A stretch of DNA of 64,000 bases, from NCBI GenBank assembly GCA_051003195.1, contig JBPCLP010000047.1:32001-96000 (forward strand). Direction: 5' to 3'. Position numbers and translations under genes: made by a program. Below, in pieces: positions 1 to 9,301 of this stretch. Below the pieces are notes generated by a model. The model searched no databases and had not been told where the DNA came from. It saw only the letters and a list, made by a program, of their open reading frames with translations. How positions within the stretch are numbered: the stretch's first letter is position 1; the number at the start of each line of letters is the position of its first letter. The stretch comes from Candidatus Sumerlaeaceae bacterium. GTDB taxonomy: Bacteria > Sumerlaeota > Sumerlaeia > Sumerlaeales > Sumerlaeaceae.

Positions 1-2
1 TC

Positions 3-1241
3 CAGGCCGGCACGGCCAACGCCACCCCGGCACGTCCTTCCTTCTTCAACCGCGTACGCAGCCTCGTTCCCCTGGGCAGAAAGCCCGCAGCCGATTCCGC
101 CAGTGCGGACAGTTCGGCCGGCACCGCCAACGGCTCCAGGCTCGTTCAGGGCGCAGGTCGCGTCTTTGATAACGTTAAAGAAACTCTGCCATTCCGCGAC
201 ACCGGCAACTCCGGCGAAGTTTCCGACTACGCCAGCGGCCGCAGCGTCGGATACACCTCCCCCACGGGTGGCGTCAACCTGAGCCCCGAAGCCGCCGTCC
301 AGTTCGCCAACGCCGTCGAAGCCAACTCCGCCGCTCCTGGGACCGCCGGCAGTGCCGTGCCTGGGAGCGCCGGCGTCCCGCCGGCATTCAATAATCCCTC
401 TTCCTATGATTCGAACCTTTCCGCCAAACCCCAAGCCACCACAGGCCGCCCGGGCTTCTTTGGCCGCCTGAAAAATGTGCTCCCACGCCGCAACAGTCAG
501 TCCGCGTCGCCTGTAATGTCTACGGACCTTGCAGCGTCCACTGCTGTCGCGAACGAACCGACTCCCGACCTGGCTGCCATGCCCATCCGCGCCGCATTCC
601 CTGGGACCGCCGGCGTCCCGCCGGCAATAGACGTCTCCGCTCAATCCAGTGACCTGGTTGCAGAGCAGTCTGCCGCCGCCCCTGCGCCACGCTCAGGCCT
701 CTTCACCCGACTCCGCAACGCCGTCCCGCGCCGAAACACCACCCCCGCCGCCGTGCCCGACTCCGATTACGTAGCCCCCGCACCCGTCGATGCGCCGTCC
801 GTCAGTTCCGCGGTCCCGGTGGCATACGACAGTGCTGCCTCCCAGTACAGTCCGGCCCCGGCCGCCCGTCCATCTCTCTTCTCGCGGCTCCGTACCAACC
901 TGCCTGGCAACAACCCGGCCCCTGATTCCGAGCCGTCCGGCTCTTCTGCATCTACTTCGGTTTCACCCTTTTCACGTTTTCTCCCCCTTGGGCGCTCCGT
1001 CGCTGCGCCGGAAACTGCGACACCATCTCAGGAGCACAACGTAACGCTGTTCCCCCCGCCATCGCCCGAGCTTAGCTTCGCGGCGCCAGCGCGGGCGCAG
1101 CCCATCCGTCCAGCTTGGCATTGGTACAATAACACAACAACTCGGACCAGAATCTACACCACGTCTGCGCCCGCAACAGCCTCACTCACTGCAGTAAAAT
1201 CTGTAACACATCTGGTTAGCCTGCCTGGATTACTCACGTAA
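3..1241 (+). CDS. 5'-truncated Pro/Ala/Ser-rich low-complexity protein with repeated amphipathic helices
   Basis: Frame is open from base 3 (QAGTANATPARPSFFNRVRSLVPLG...) into ORF 357..1241. Repeats RPSFFNRVRSLVP, RPGFFGRLKNVLP, RSGLFTRLRNAVP, RPSLFSRLRTNLP. Confidence 0.7.
   Translation, partial: QAGTANATPARPSFFNRVRSLVPLGRKPAADSASADSSAGTANGSRLVQGAGRVFDNVKETLPFRDTGNSGEVSDYASGRSVGYTSPTGGVNLSPEAAVQFANAVEANSAAPGTAGSAVPGSAGVPPAFNNPSSYDSNLSAKPQATTGRPGFFGRLKNVLPRRNSQSASPVMSTDLAASTAVANEPTPDLAAMPIRAAFPGTAGVPPAIDVSAQSSDLVAEQSAAAPAPRSGLFTRLRNAVPRRNTTPAAVPDSDYVAPAPVDAPSVSSAVPVAYDSAASQYSPAPAARPSLFSRLRTNLPGNNPAPDSEPSGSSASTSVSPFSRFLPLGRSVAAPETATPSQEHNVTLFPPPSPELSFAAPARAQPIRPAWHWYNNTTTRTRIYTTSAPATASLTAVKSVTHLVSLPGLLT
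336..626. repeat. REP-like palindromic units CCTGGGA(G/C)CGCCGGCGTCCCGCCGGCA
   Basis: Full copies at 360-386 and 600-626, partial copy at 336-351. Hairpin GCCGGCG-TCC-CGCCGGC. Confidence 0.6.
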
Positions 1242-1326
1242 TTCCAACAGTCGAGCTGCGTCCAGACGCACCACCCGGGACAGTCATGTCCTACCATTTT
1301 GCAAATCCGCGGAGGAGTAAAACCGC

Positions 1327-3522
1327 ATGTTTCTCAGGTTATCTAAAAACGCGCGTACAGTTATGGTATGCCTATTGATGTTTTCTAACTTCTTTGTAGC
1401 TAGAAAATGCCACGCTGCTGACTTTGCCAATCCTCTTAAATTCCCTTTTCCTCAAGTACCAAAGCCTAACTTCATTGCCAGCGTTATTGATGAAGAATTC
1501 GGATTGTACTTCTTAATTGATACGGAATACGGCGAAAATGGCGCAGTTTATCGTTACAACGCCAAAGACGTGTTAAATGTTGGCGCAACTGGAACAATAA
1601 GCTTCAACGCAAATATTTCTCCGTTTGTTATACCGCTACCAGAAAATCTGGAGAGTAATACGGCCAATAGCTATGGTGTAACGTACGATCCTAGTGACAA
1701 TGGGATCCTGTATTTTGCTGATCACCAAAAGCTGTACCGTATGTTTAATGCGCGTTCTGCGGTGCCACAGTTCAGTGTCCGTACCTATGCTGCGATGAAG
1801 CTGCCGCTTGTTGCAACTCCGCAGAAGGTTTCTCCTGGTGCAATCACTCACGGACCCTTGATCGGCGAACCAGCTCTTAATCACATAATGGAATGGGACC
1901 GCAAACGAAATCACGTAAATTTTATGCTAAGCGACAAGCGTGACGTGTTTATCGCATTCGATAGTGGTGAACTTGTTCGAGTTGACGCGAACACGATGCA
2001 ACCCTTTGGCCCGGCATATGAGCCATTTCCGATGCTCTCCTATAGCGGATACCACGATGATGTTCATATAGAGCCTTATGATCCTAACAATCCAGACAAT
2101 CCTGACGATACGAACCAATTTACTTTCAGCGTAGTACCTCGGGATGAGCGTTCGCAAGCGGTTCTAGATCATCCATTTATTAGAATAGCGCTGTCTTTTA
2201 ACCTCGACGGGGGCGTGCCCGGCTTTTCTATTGAAGATGAAGTTATCGATGACGTGGATGATTACGTTCGTGATTATATCGATTATGACATCGACCTGTT
2301 CCCGGACATGCGCGATAATCCTCAGTGGCCAATTGACGAGGCCGAAAACCGGCGGTACTGGCAATTTCCATACGAGTTTAAATCTGGTTGTATTCTCGCA
2401 GACAAGAACCAGCTGCTTCTGGGTGATAACACTGGGCGAGTCTTCAAAGTTAACTACTTTCCCGACTCAATGCAGGTCGTGATTGGCCTGAATGAGACGG
2501 CTATTACGTGGGAAGACTATTTCAAAAGCAACGTTCGGATTACCCCAGATGTAGCGAATGTCCAGGTCTCTGCTGCGGATATTTTCGGGGGCGCGTACTT
2601 CGTTACGAAAAGCTTAACGGATTCGGCAGCTTACGCAGACATTGTCCGGTGCAACGTGGGCGGGTTAAAAGACTTGGTAGCACCAGTCCACAGCTTGGCT
2701 TTAAATGACCTAACCGTTGTAACCAAAGTCTTTATAAACGACGCGCGAACTATAGCCGTTGATAATAAGCTTGGAGCGATTTTCGTCGCGGGCATGGCAC
2801 GCACGGACCCTAATACTTTTGACAGTCAACTGATTGCACGTGTGGCACGTCTGAATTTTAAGGCATCAACGGATCTCAAGCTGGAGAAACTGTTAGAGTT
2901 AAACTTCGACGTAAATACCAATACCGATGACTTTAAAGGCATCAGGAGCAATTGCACAAACTTCTATAGAGACTTAGAAGGCCGCGAAGCATTGTTTATT
3001 GGTGTGCAGGCGCCGACTGACGGGGTGGCCGTGATCAGTCCTTTCGAACCGGCTACACTAGACTACACCGGATTTTTCTCGTTGCCTGGAAGCTTGGGGT
3101 ACAATATAGGTGAACAACCTGATCGCCTTAACGAGGCTGGAACCGAACGGATTTTTGCCACTACAAAAGGTCGGCTGAAGTCCCGCTTGAACGTATTTGA
3201 TAAGTTAAATCCCTTAGGCAGATACGGTAAGGTTCCAGTAGATTTTTACCTAGTTGATACTGCTAAAGTTGATCTTAGGAGCCTTGCCTCAATTCAGCAA
3301 AATGGCACATATGTTTACACGGGTCAAGCTAAGGTCGGAAGTCGGACATTTAGTCGGATCAATGGTCCAAACTTGGATGTGAGACTGCTTCCAGGAGAGA
3401 CTCCGCCATTTACGCATTTTGTGGCAGTCGTCGATCCCGCAAACACTACGCGCGAAGTCAATGAAACGGACAACGTAATCGCTGGGCGCATCCGCTATCG
3501 TCTTGTCCCAAATGCACAATAG
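1327..3522 (+). CDS. Large secreted protein with C-terminal CARDB-like domain
   Basis: 731-aa ORF with GGAGGAG RBS and signal-peptide-like N-terminus. C-terminal VAVVDPANTTREVNETDN resembles CARDB. Confidence 0.7.
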   Translation: MFLRLSKNARTVMVCLLMFSNFFVARKCHAADFANPLKFPFPQVPKPNFIASVIDEEFGLYFLIDTEYGENGAVYRYNAKDVLNVGATGTISFNANISPFVIPLPENLESNTANSYGVTYDPSDNGILYFADHQKLYRMFNARSAVPQFSVRTYAAMKLPLVATPQKVSPGAITHGPLIGEPALNHIMEWDRKRNHVNFMLSDKRDVFIAFDSGELVRVDANTMQPFGPAYEPFPMLSYSGYHDDVHIEPYDPNNPDNPDDTNQFTFSVVPRDERSQAVLDHPFIRIALSFNLDGGVPGFSIEDEVIDDVDDYVRDYIDYDIDLFPDMRDNPQWPIDEAENRRYWQFPYEFKSGCILADKNQLLLGDNTGRVFKVNYFPDSMQVVIGLNETAITWEDYFKSNVRITPDVANVQVSAADIFGGAYFVTKSLTDSAAYADIVRCNVGGLKDLVAPVHSLALNDLTVVTKVFINDARTIAVDNKLGAIFVAGMARTDPNTFDSQLIARVARLNFKASTDLKLEKLLELNFDVNTNTDDFKGIRSNCTNFYRDLEGREALFIGVQAPTDGVAVISPFEPATLDYTGFFSLPGSLGYNIGEQPDRLNEAGTERIFATTKGRLKSRLNVFDKLNPLGRYGKVPVDFYLVDTAKVDLRSLASIQQNGTYVYTGQAKVGSRTFSRINGPNLDVRLLPGETPPFTHFVAVVDPANTTREVNETDNVIAGRIRYRLVPNAQ

Positions 3523-3532
3523 GAGAGAAACA

Positions 3533-5611
3533 ATGAAAAATGTTTTTAGGCGCATCACGCTATTCGCAGCAGTAATATTGTGCCCAACCTTAACACTAGC
3601 AGCTGAGATAAATGTCAATATTGGAACGGTTGTCAATTTCCCAACTGCGGGCTACAGCACGGCTCTTTCAGGAGTCGTTGGAGGTTCGGTCACTTTAGTG
3701 AATAAAGAAACCGACGACAAGACTGTTAAACTACAATTGGGTGCGGGACTAAGCCTCGATAATTCGAATTCGAATCTTGACGCAAATGCGATTGTTGTGG
3801 GCCCGAAGGTTGAGTCACTAGACGGTTCAGCGGTCGTCGAATTAAAGTTTACCTACACTCTCCCTGCAAATGCCGTTCCGGTAGCATCGCTAACACTCAC
3901 CAGAACGATAAAGCTTTTAGATCCCAACAATAACGATCAGGAGTTAGATCAGAAGAATATAGATATATCTGTAACCTTTCCATCTCTCGTTGTAAATGGT
4001 GACGATAGTTCACCCTTCCAGTTTAAGCTGCCTGTATTGGCACCAGGGCAAACTTCCGATTGGAAAGAGCTCACTTTCACAAATCCAAACGCTACCGCCC
4101 TAAACTTGAAGGGCCTATCATTTATTGATAACTTGAATGCGGAAGTGGCTGGTTTGGAGACAGATGATTTGCGCGGGCTACCATCGTTGGGTAATCCAGT
4201 AACGGTTACCAATTCAACGCCGTTCTCGGTGAGAGTAAAAGTAAAGCTTAAGACAGATTCCGATTGGAGGCTTGAAGGCACAGTGCAGTCCGACAGCCTT
4301 CAGTTTCTTAGTGCTATTAATCCCACTGGATCCGCTCTGATTGAACTTAGCGGTGACCGACTCGTAAAAAGCCTCACAGTTAACCCCACAGAAATTGGCT
4401 TAAGTGCTGCCTACGGAGTAACAGATACCGAGAACTTTACGATCCGTAATAACTCGAACGTTGCCGTATCAGTTCTAAGCGTTGCGTTTGTCGATCTGTC
4501 AGGGACTCCGCTACCCACAACCAAGTTGAGCATTGAATACATAAGTGGAAGTAACGGAACAATAGGAACAGCGGGGCCATTTCCTGCAAACGGAGCTGTC
4601 GAACTGCCTAAAAAGTCAGGTGGAACGACGGCAGAAGCTACATTTAAGGTTTCCTATACTGCGCCCAAACCATCGATTACCCAGTATTTGGGCCGAATTG
4701 ACTTAGGCGTGGATTATGGGTCATTAGACACCGACATTTTTTCGATCCCGCTAAGCGTGAACAAGGAAATAAAGAAAGCAGAACCATCCGTGGATGTTCC
4801 CGTACCCGTGCCGCCAGCTCCGGTGCCGCCTACGATGACCTTCGGATCCATTTGCAAGGGCGACGAGAGTCCGTATCAAATTTTCTTTATAAGAAATGCT
4901 CCTGCGCCCGCTGATAGCGTCCGCCAATCTTTTCAATTCAGAATGAAACTGCAGTCTACGGATGCATTTGACGACCCAGATATCGTTATCCCTGGAGGTC
5001 CCAGTTCCACAGAGAATTATGACCTATATGACTACGTAATTGGCACCGTGGTGTCCATTGCACCTGGAGACTTCTATGCGGTTGGAGTTAGATATACTCC
5101 AAAAGTATTCAGCGACGCTCCTTGTTATGTGCGTATTGAATCGATAAATAATATTGTTCCCGATACATCCAATCCGGGCCAGTTTGGAAAGTTCGTAGCA
5201 CATGTGAAACTACAGGGTGCGATTTCGATGGCGGACACGTGCCCCGTACCGGATGGCGCTGATCTAATCCCCATCTTTACACAGTTCACTAAAGGCTGCT
5301 ACAGATCCAAATGTACTTGGTCGGGAACGATAGGTGTCCGAAATCAGGGTCCTGTAACTGCCCCGCAATCGCGTATGGCTTTCTACTTAGTAACAGATGG
5401 GCAAGAGAGAATGCTTAGGTCAATTAGGATTCCAGAGCTAAAGCCGGGGGTTACGTATACCTACAGCCCGAGACTACATAGTAAGCGGGATTTGACGGGT
5501 TCTGTTTTGAGGGCAGTTGTTGACTCTAAGCTGGAGGTCAACGAGACCGATAACTATGGGCGCACCGTCTCCGAAGACAATAACATAGCCACGTCTTCCC
5601 CGCTTCCTTAA
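3533..5611 (+). CDS. Secreted Ig-like multi-domain surface protein with C-terminal CARDB domain
   Basis: AGGAG RBS before ATG 3533. Signal peptide MKNVFRRITLFAAVILCPTLTLAA, beta-rich repeats, Pro linker, DL..GVRNQG..VVDSKLEVNETDN..EDNN CARDB pattern. Confidence 0.75.
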   Translation: MKNVFRRITLFAAVILCPTLTLAAEINVNIGTVVNFPTAGYSTALSGVVGGSVTLVNKETDDKTVKLQLGAGLSLDNSNSNLDANAIVVGPKVESLDGSAVVELKFTYTLPANAVPVASLTLTRTIKLLDPNNNDQELDQKNIDISVTFPSLVVNGDDSSPFQFKLPVLAPGQTSDWKELTFTNPNATALNLKGLSFIDNLNAEVAGLETDDLRGLPSLGNPVTVTNSTPFSVRVKVKLKTDSDWRLEGTVQSDSLQFLSAINPTGSALIELSGDRLVKSLTVNPTEIGLSAAYGVTDTENFTIRNNSNVAVSVLSVAFVDLSGTPLPTTKLSIEYISGSNGTIGTAGPFPANGAVELPKKSGGTTAEATFKVSYTAPKPSITQYLGRIDLGVDYGSLDTDIFSIPLSVNKEIKKAEPSVDVPVPVPPAPVPPTMTFGSICKGDESPYQIFFIRNAPAPADSVRQSFQFRMKLQSTDAFDDPDIVIPGGPSSTENYDLYDYVIGTVVSIAPGDFYAVGVRYTPKVFSDAPCYVRIESINNIVPDTSNPGQFGKFVAHVKLQGAISMADTCPVPDGADLIPIFTQFTKGCYRSKCTWSGTIGVRNQGPVTAPQSRMAFYLVTDGQERMLRSIRIPELKPGVTYTYSPRLHSKRDLTGSVLRAVVDSKLEVNETDNYGRTVSEDNNIATSSPLP

Positions 5612-5623
5612 TCCATTCAAGCT

Positions 5624-5651
5624 CGAACCGCCCCCGCGAGGGGGCGGTTCG
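5624..5651. terminator. GC-rich stem-loop after the CARDB gene pair (terminator or REP-like)
   Basis: CGAACCGCCCCC-GCGA-GGGGGCGGTTCG perfect stem with GNRA loop. No clear U-tract. Confidence 0.5.
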
Positions 5652-5886
5652 GAGAGCCACTTCAAAATAGAAGCTGCCGAAGGTAAGCTTGCCCCCAGTA
5701 GTGCGAGCCGGTTGAGGTCACGGTATACCCGGGAAGTGACAGTTCTGAATCAGCTTATAGGCTGCTGTAATGATCTTACTCAGGACAACACGACTGGCGC
5801 GTGAACCAGCTTCCTAGGCACTTATTGCAATTGCTCTCTGTCCATGTTTGAAGTAACCGACGCCCAGAAACTCAACACCAGGAGGC

Positions 5887-6561
5887 ATGTCTAATCTGCG
5901 ATGGCTGTACCGCGCGCCTATGCGTCCTTCCGGCATTAATGATGGTGGGACTTGCCAATGTCCGCAAATCCATGCAGGTTTCGGGATGGCAGATGCTGCT
6001 GGCGCTGGCGCTGTTCCTTTACGCCTGCTGGCTGGAGGTTCGCCAGACCAGCCGCAACGAGCTGCGGAGTTCCCCAATCCGTTACAGTGGGTGTCGATGG
6101 CCATGCTGCCAATACTCGCGACGCTCGCGATGGTCGGCTTCGGCAACGTCCGAAAATCGATGCAGTCTTCCGGCTGGCAGATGCTGATTCTGATCGTACT
6201 CTACGCGATCCTCAGCTATTTCTATTACTCGCGTGAAGTACGGACGCTCTCAACCCCTGGACCTGCTCACCCGCCTCAATCGCGTACGCCCCGCCACCCC
6301 CAAACCGCGTCCCTCCTGCCCGCCCCGCGCACCTGGCTCGTCCATGTCATTCCGCCGATCCTCGCCATTCTTGCCGTCGTTGGTTTCGGCAATGTACGCA
6401 AATCCATGTTTGAATCCGGCGGGCAGATGCGCATCATGCTTACCCTTTACCTGGTCGCGACATGGTTCGTCTACCGCAACGAAACGCCGCTCTCGACAGC
6501 TTCCGCCACAGCAAACACGCCCACCGCCGACGCCCCAACCCCTGACATCGAGGCAACATAG
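5887..6561 (+). CDS. Membrane protein with three VG(L/F)xNVRKSMxxSGxQM repeats (first repeat out of frame)
   Basis: GGAGG RBS. Repeats 2 and 3 are in this frame; repeat 1 is in the overlapping frame (ORF 5939..6187). Confidence 0.55.
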   Translation: MSNLRWLYRAPMRPSGINDGGTCQCPQIHAGFGMADAAGAGAVPLRLLAGGSPDQPQRAAEFPNPLQWVSMAMLPILATLAMVGFGNVRKSMQSSGWQMLILIVLYAILSYFYYSREVRTLSTPGPAHPPQSRTPRHPQTASLLPAPRTWLVHVIPPILAILAVVGFGNVRKSMFESGGQMRIMLTLYLVATWFVYRNETPLSTASATANTPTADAPTPDIEAT

Positions 6562-6611
6562 TCTTCCAGCCACCTCTGGTAGTCCAATTGCCCGCACGCG
6601 CCAGTCCCGCA

Positions 6612-6638
6612 CATCCGTGAAATCCGTGTCATCCGTGG
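6612..6638. repeat. Short ATCCGTG tandem repeat
   Basis: CATCCGTGAAATCCGTGTCATCCGTGG: three units with 9-bp period. Confidence 0.6.
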
Positions 6639-6879
6639 TAAAATCCAGTCCTTCTTGCCACCCAGCCCTACGCAACGCCCAAGGCAGCTCGCAGCAACAT
6701 TACCCCGTGCTAAGGGTCTGTCAGGGAAGTGACAGCCCATTTTTCGCCTGCTACCAACAGCGTCAGTTCTTTGAAAATCGACTTCGAACAGTACTCTGCA
6801 AGCCCATCGCAACCCACAGGTAAAGCAAACGCCATCCGGGATTCCAGCGACGCACTCCGCACTGAATCTCTGGCGAGTA

Positions 6880-6914
6880 GCTATTCAAGTGGCGAAATTC
6901 CATGCACTTGAATA
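6880..6914. repeat. Hairpin TATTCAAGTG-N13-CACTTGAATA, shared with 30770-30808
   Basis: GCTATTCAAGTGGCGAAATT is identical at 6880-6899 and 30770-30789. Confidence 0.7.
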
Positions 6915-7042
6915 TTAACTCACATAATATCAGCGGCTCGCCGCAAACTTGAATACGAATTTGTACACTTGAAACCAGACCCCGCACCTTGCCGGACCAC
7001 CGTCTCGTTCATTGACAACTCTGCGACCCATATCCGGAATAC

Positions 7043-7078
7043 AAAAAAAATCCCCCGGGCGAGTGACGCCCGGAGGAT
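7043..7078 (-). terminator. Rho-independent terminator for gene 7167..7436
   Basis: Minus strand has a GC-rich stem (CCGGGCG/CGCCCGG core) followed by a run of T. Confidence 0.8.
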
Positions 7079-7166
7079 CCAATCATTTTGCCATCGGCAC
7101 TGCCGCGCCTGCAAGCTTACTGCAGCTAGCGCCTCGCGGAGTTTCTATCCATGAAGACCACCTCCG

Positions 7167-7436
7167 CTACGCGTCCCCCTGTTGACGCTTACGCAGCTTC
7201 TCCAGGGCCAACTTCGTTTTCTTCAGCGAATCCGCGATCTTTCTCAGGCTGTCTACGCTCATCTCGGATTGCCCCTGTACCTGGCGGCTCTCCCGCGCCT
7301 GCATGCACAACTCGTCCAGAATCTTCCTGTCTGCTTTATTTCCATATTCACCCACCACGCCGAGAAGGCGTGCACAGGCTAGTTCGGCTGTTTCGACAAG
7401 CATCCGGTTGCTTCTTGGTAAACTGAACTCATACAT
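7167..7436 (-). CDS. Small helical hypothetical protein (89 aa)
   Basis: Strong GGAGGT RBS before ATG 7436 and a terminator downstream. Confidence 0.65.
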   Translation of the reverse strand: MYEFSLPRSNRMLVETAELACARLLGVVGEYGNKADRKILDELCMQARESRQVQGQSEMSVDSLRKIADSLKKTKLALEKLRKRQQGDA

Positions 7437-7699
7437 CGGGTGCTGACCTCCAGTTGAATATCTGCGAACTCTATAAGGCAAGATAGGGGCCAAGTTGCAG
7501 CAACACACCTATCCCATTACACCTGCACAGCTTACATCACCTGCACCATCGCCCGACACCTGCGTTTGGGCCGAACCCATCCAGGTTCCACATCCCGTCA
7601 TGCGCGAACTTTCAACATTACACCTCGGGTCAGCCGGCGACATCCACCTCGCCACCAAATCCTCACAACCTCTGGTGTAACACCAGAAAACAACACGCC

Positions 7700-7728
7700 T
7701 GTGGAAAAGTCACCCTCCCTGTGGATAA
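7700..7728. promoter_or_regulatory. Pair of DnaA-box-like sites
   Basis: TGTGGATAA (perfect) at 7720-7728 and TGTGGAAAA (1 mismatch) at 7700-7708. Confidence 0.4.
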
Positions 7729-7896
7729 CATTGCAAGTAAAAAGTCACCCTTCCCCGACGTTCATTTCATGCAGCACTGCATCTGAACAACTTATATATT
7801 TCTCAAAGCCATCTTCCCCTAAACCTCGGTACTTCGCAAACAGCCAGTCATCAGTACCGCGACTGCTACGGAGCGACAAACCGCCCCAGCTCGCAA

Positions 7897-8003
7897 AGTA
7901 CTCCGCAATCCGCACTCAAAAGTACTCCGCACTCCGCAATCCCGCCTTCGAAAGTACTCCGCACTCCGCAATCCGCAATCCGCATTCGAAAGCTCCGCAA
8001 TCC
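7897..8003. repeat. TCCGCA(A/C) heptamer repeat cluster
   Basis: Repeated AAAGTACTCCGCA(A/C)TCCGCA units. Same family at 23655-23704 and 29815-29848. Confidence 0.75.
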
Positions 8004-8066
8004 TTTTGAACAAACTCCGTCCATCAGCATACTGTATCCCGCTCAAAACAGAAGAGGTGTGAACGA

Positions 8067-8354
8067 ATGGCAGTTAAAATCCGCCTGGCCCGTGTTGGCC
8101 GGCGCAAGAGTCCCGCATATCGCGTCGTCGTCGCCGATTCCCACAAGCCACGCGATGGCCGCTTTATCGAGATTCTAGGCTTTTACCAGCCTGTCGGCGA
8201 AACCAAGATCCAGGTCGACGCCGAAAAAGCCGTCAAATGGCTCAAGGTTGGCGCCCAGCCCAGCGATACCGTTCGTTCCATATTCCGCAAGCAGGGCATC
8301 CTTAAAGCCTTTCACGAAGCCCGCAAGCCACAGCCCGCTACCACCAAAGCCTGA
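8067..8354 (+). CDS. rpsP: 30S ribosomal protein S16
   Basis: [46 protein letters not shown] is canonical. Confidence 0.98.
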   Translation: MAVKIRLARVGRRKSPAYRVVVADSHKPRDGRFIEILGFYQPVGETKIQVDAEKAVKWLKVGAQPSDTVRSIFRKQGILKAFHEARKPQPATTKA

Positions 8355-8460
8355 TCTGTATCAATTTAGTTGCACGTCGCGGTTTATAGCCGCTATAGCT
8401 CTATCCTGTAAGTTGCCTTGTTGTCTGTTGGTTTAACGTTCTCGCGGAGACAGCGGTTAG

Positions 8461-8718
8461 ATGAGCACACCCACCGAAGGCCAGGTCATGAGAGACCTGG
8501 TTCAGTACATCTCAGAAGCGCTAGTAGATAAGCCTGAAGACGTGAAGGTCAACGTCGTCGAAGGCGAAAACTCCATTATTCTCGAGCTGAAAGTTGCCTC
8601 GGACGACGTCGGTAAAGTCATCGGCAAGGGTGGCCAGACCGCTAAAGCAATGCGCAAAATTCTCAGCGCCGCCGCCACGAAATTAAAAAAGAAATCTCTT
8701 CTCCAGATCGTGGAATAA
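8461..8718 (+). CDS. khpA: KH-domain RNA-binding protein KhpA (start may be 8488)
   Basis: LVDKPEDV..DVGKVIGKGGQTAKAMR (GxxG KH motif), located between rpsP and rimM. Confidence 0.93.
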   Translation: MSTPTEGQVMRDLVQYISEALVDKPEDVKVNVVEGENSIILELKVASDDVGKVIGKGGQTAKAMRKILSAAATKLKKKSLLQIVE

Positions 8719-8757
8719 CCCCGCCCGGTTCAACGGGGCGCTTTTGTTTAAGGTATC

Positions 8758-9300
8758 GTGGACCAGCCTGACGACCTCATCCTTATCGGCCGCATCACCA
8801 AGCCGCAGGGCAACCGCGGCGCCGTGCGCATGTTGCCCGAATTCGAGCCCCTCGAGCACTTCGAAGGCCTCAAAACCAGCGAGCTGCTCCTTCGGCCGAC
8901 CGCCCGCTCACCATTGGGCGCTGCCGAGCAGCAGGTCCACGTCGAAGGCTACTTCCTGCACGGCCAGTTTGTCATCCTCGAACTCGAAGAAGCGCCCGAC
9001 ATGAACGCGGCCGAGCGCCTGCGCGAAATGGAAGTCTACGTCCCGCGCGCCCAGCTTTGGGACCTTGAGCCGGGGCACTTCCTGGCCCATGAGCTCGAAG
9101 GCTTCGAGGTCAAAGATCGCGACAGTGTTGTCGGCACGGTCAAAGGTATCCACCCAGGCTCCGGTCACGACTTCATCATCGTTCGCACCGCCGCCAACCG
9201 GGAATTCCTCATCCCCTTTGCCAAAACCGTGGTAAAAGAAGTCGACACAAACACCAGAACGATCCACGTGGAAATGCCCCCCGGCCTCGACGAGCTTTGA
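8758..9300 (+). CDS. rimM: 16S rRNA processing protein RimM
   Basis: IGRITKPQGNRGAV..AAERLR..ELEGFEV..FLIPF..EMPPGL, plus synteny. Confidence 0.93.
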   Translation: MDQPDDLILIGRITKPQGNRGAVRMLPEFEPLEHFEGLKTSELLLRPTARSPLGAAEQQVHVEGYFLHGQFVILELEEAPDMNAAERLREMEVYVPRAQLWDLEPGHFLAHELEGFEVKDRDSVVGTVKGIHPGSGHDFIIVRTAANREFLIPFAKTVVKEVDTNTRTIHVEMPPGLDEL

Positions 9301-9301
9301 T

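Noticed and set aside
5612..5886. Group II intron end or structured ncRNA
   Set aside because: The GAACCGCC hairpin lacks domain V architecture, there is no RT gene, and I recognise no RNA family.
6911..6940. dif (XerC/D) site
   Set aside because: Only a partial CATAAT/TTATGT match; the arms and spacing do not fit.
7897..8003. CRISPR array, or coding ORFs over the TCCGCAA repeats (7566..8009, 7819..8046, 23503..23796)
   Set aside because: Heptamer microsatellite-like repeats that merely lack stop codons; no spacers.
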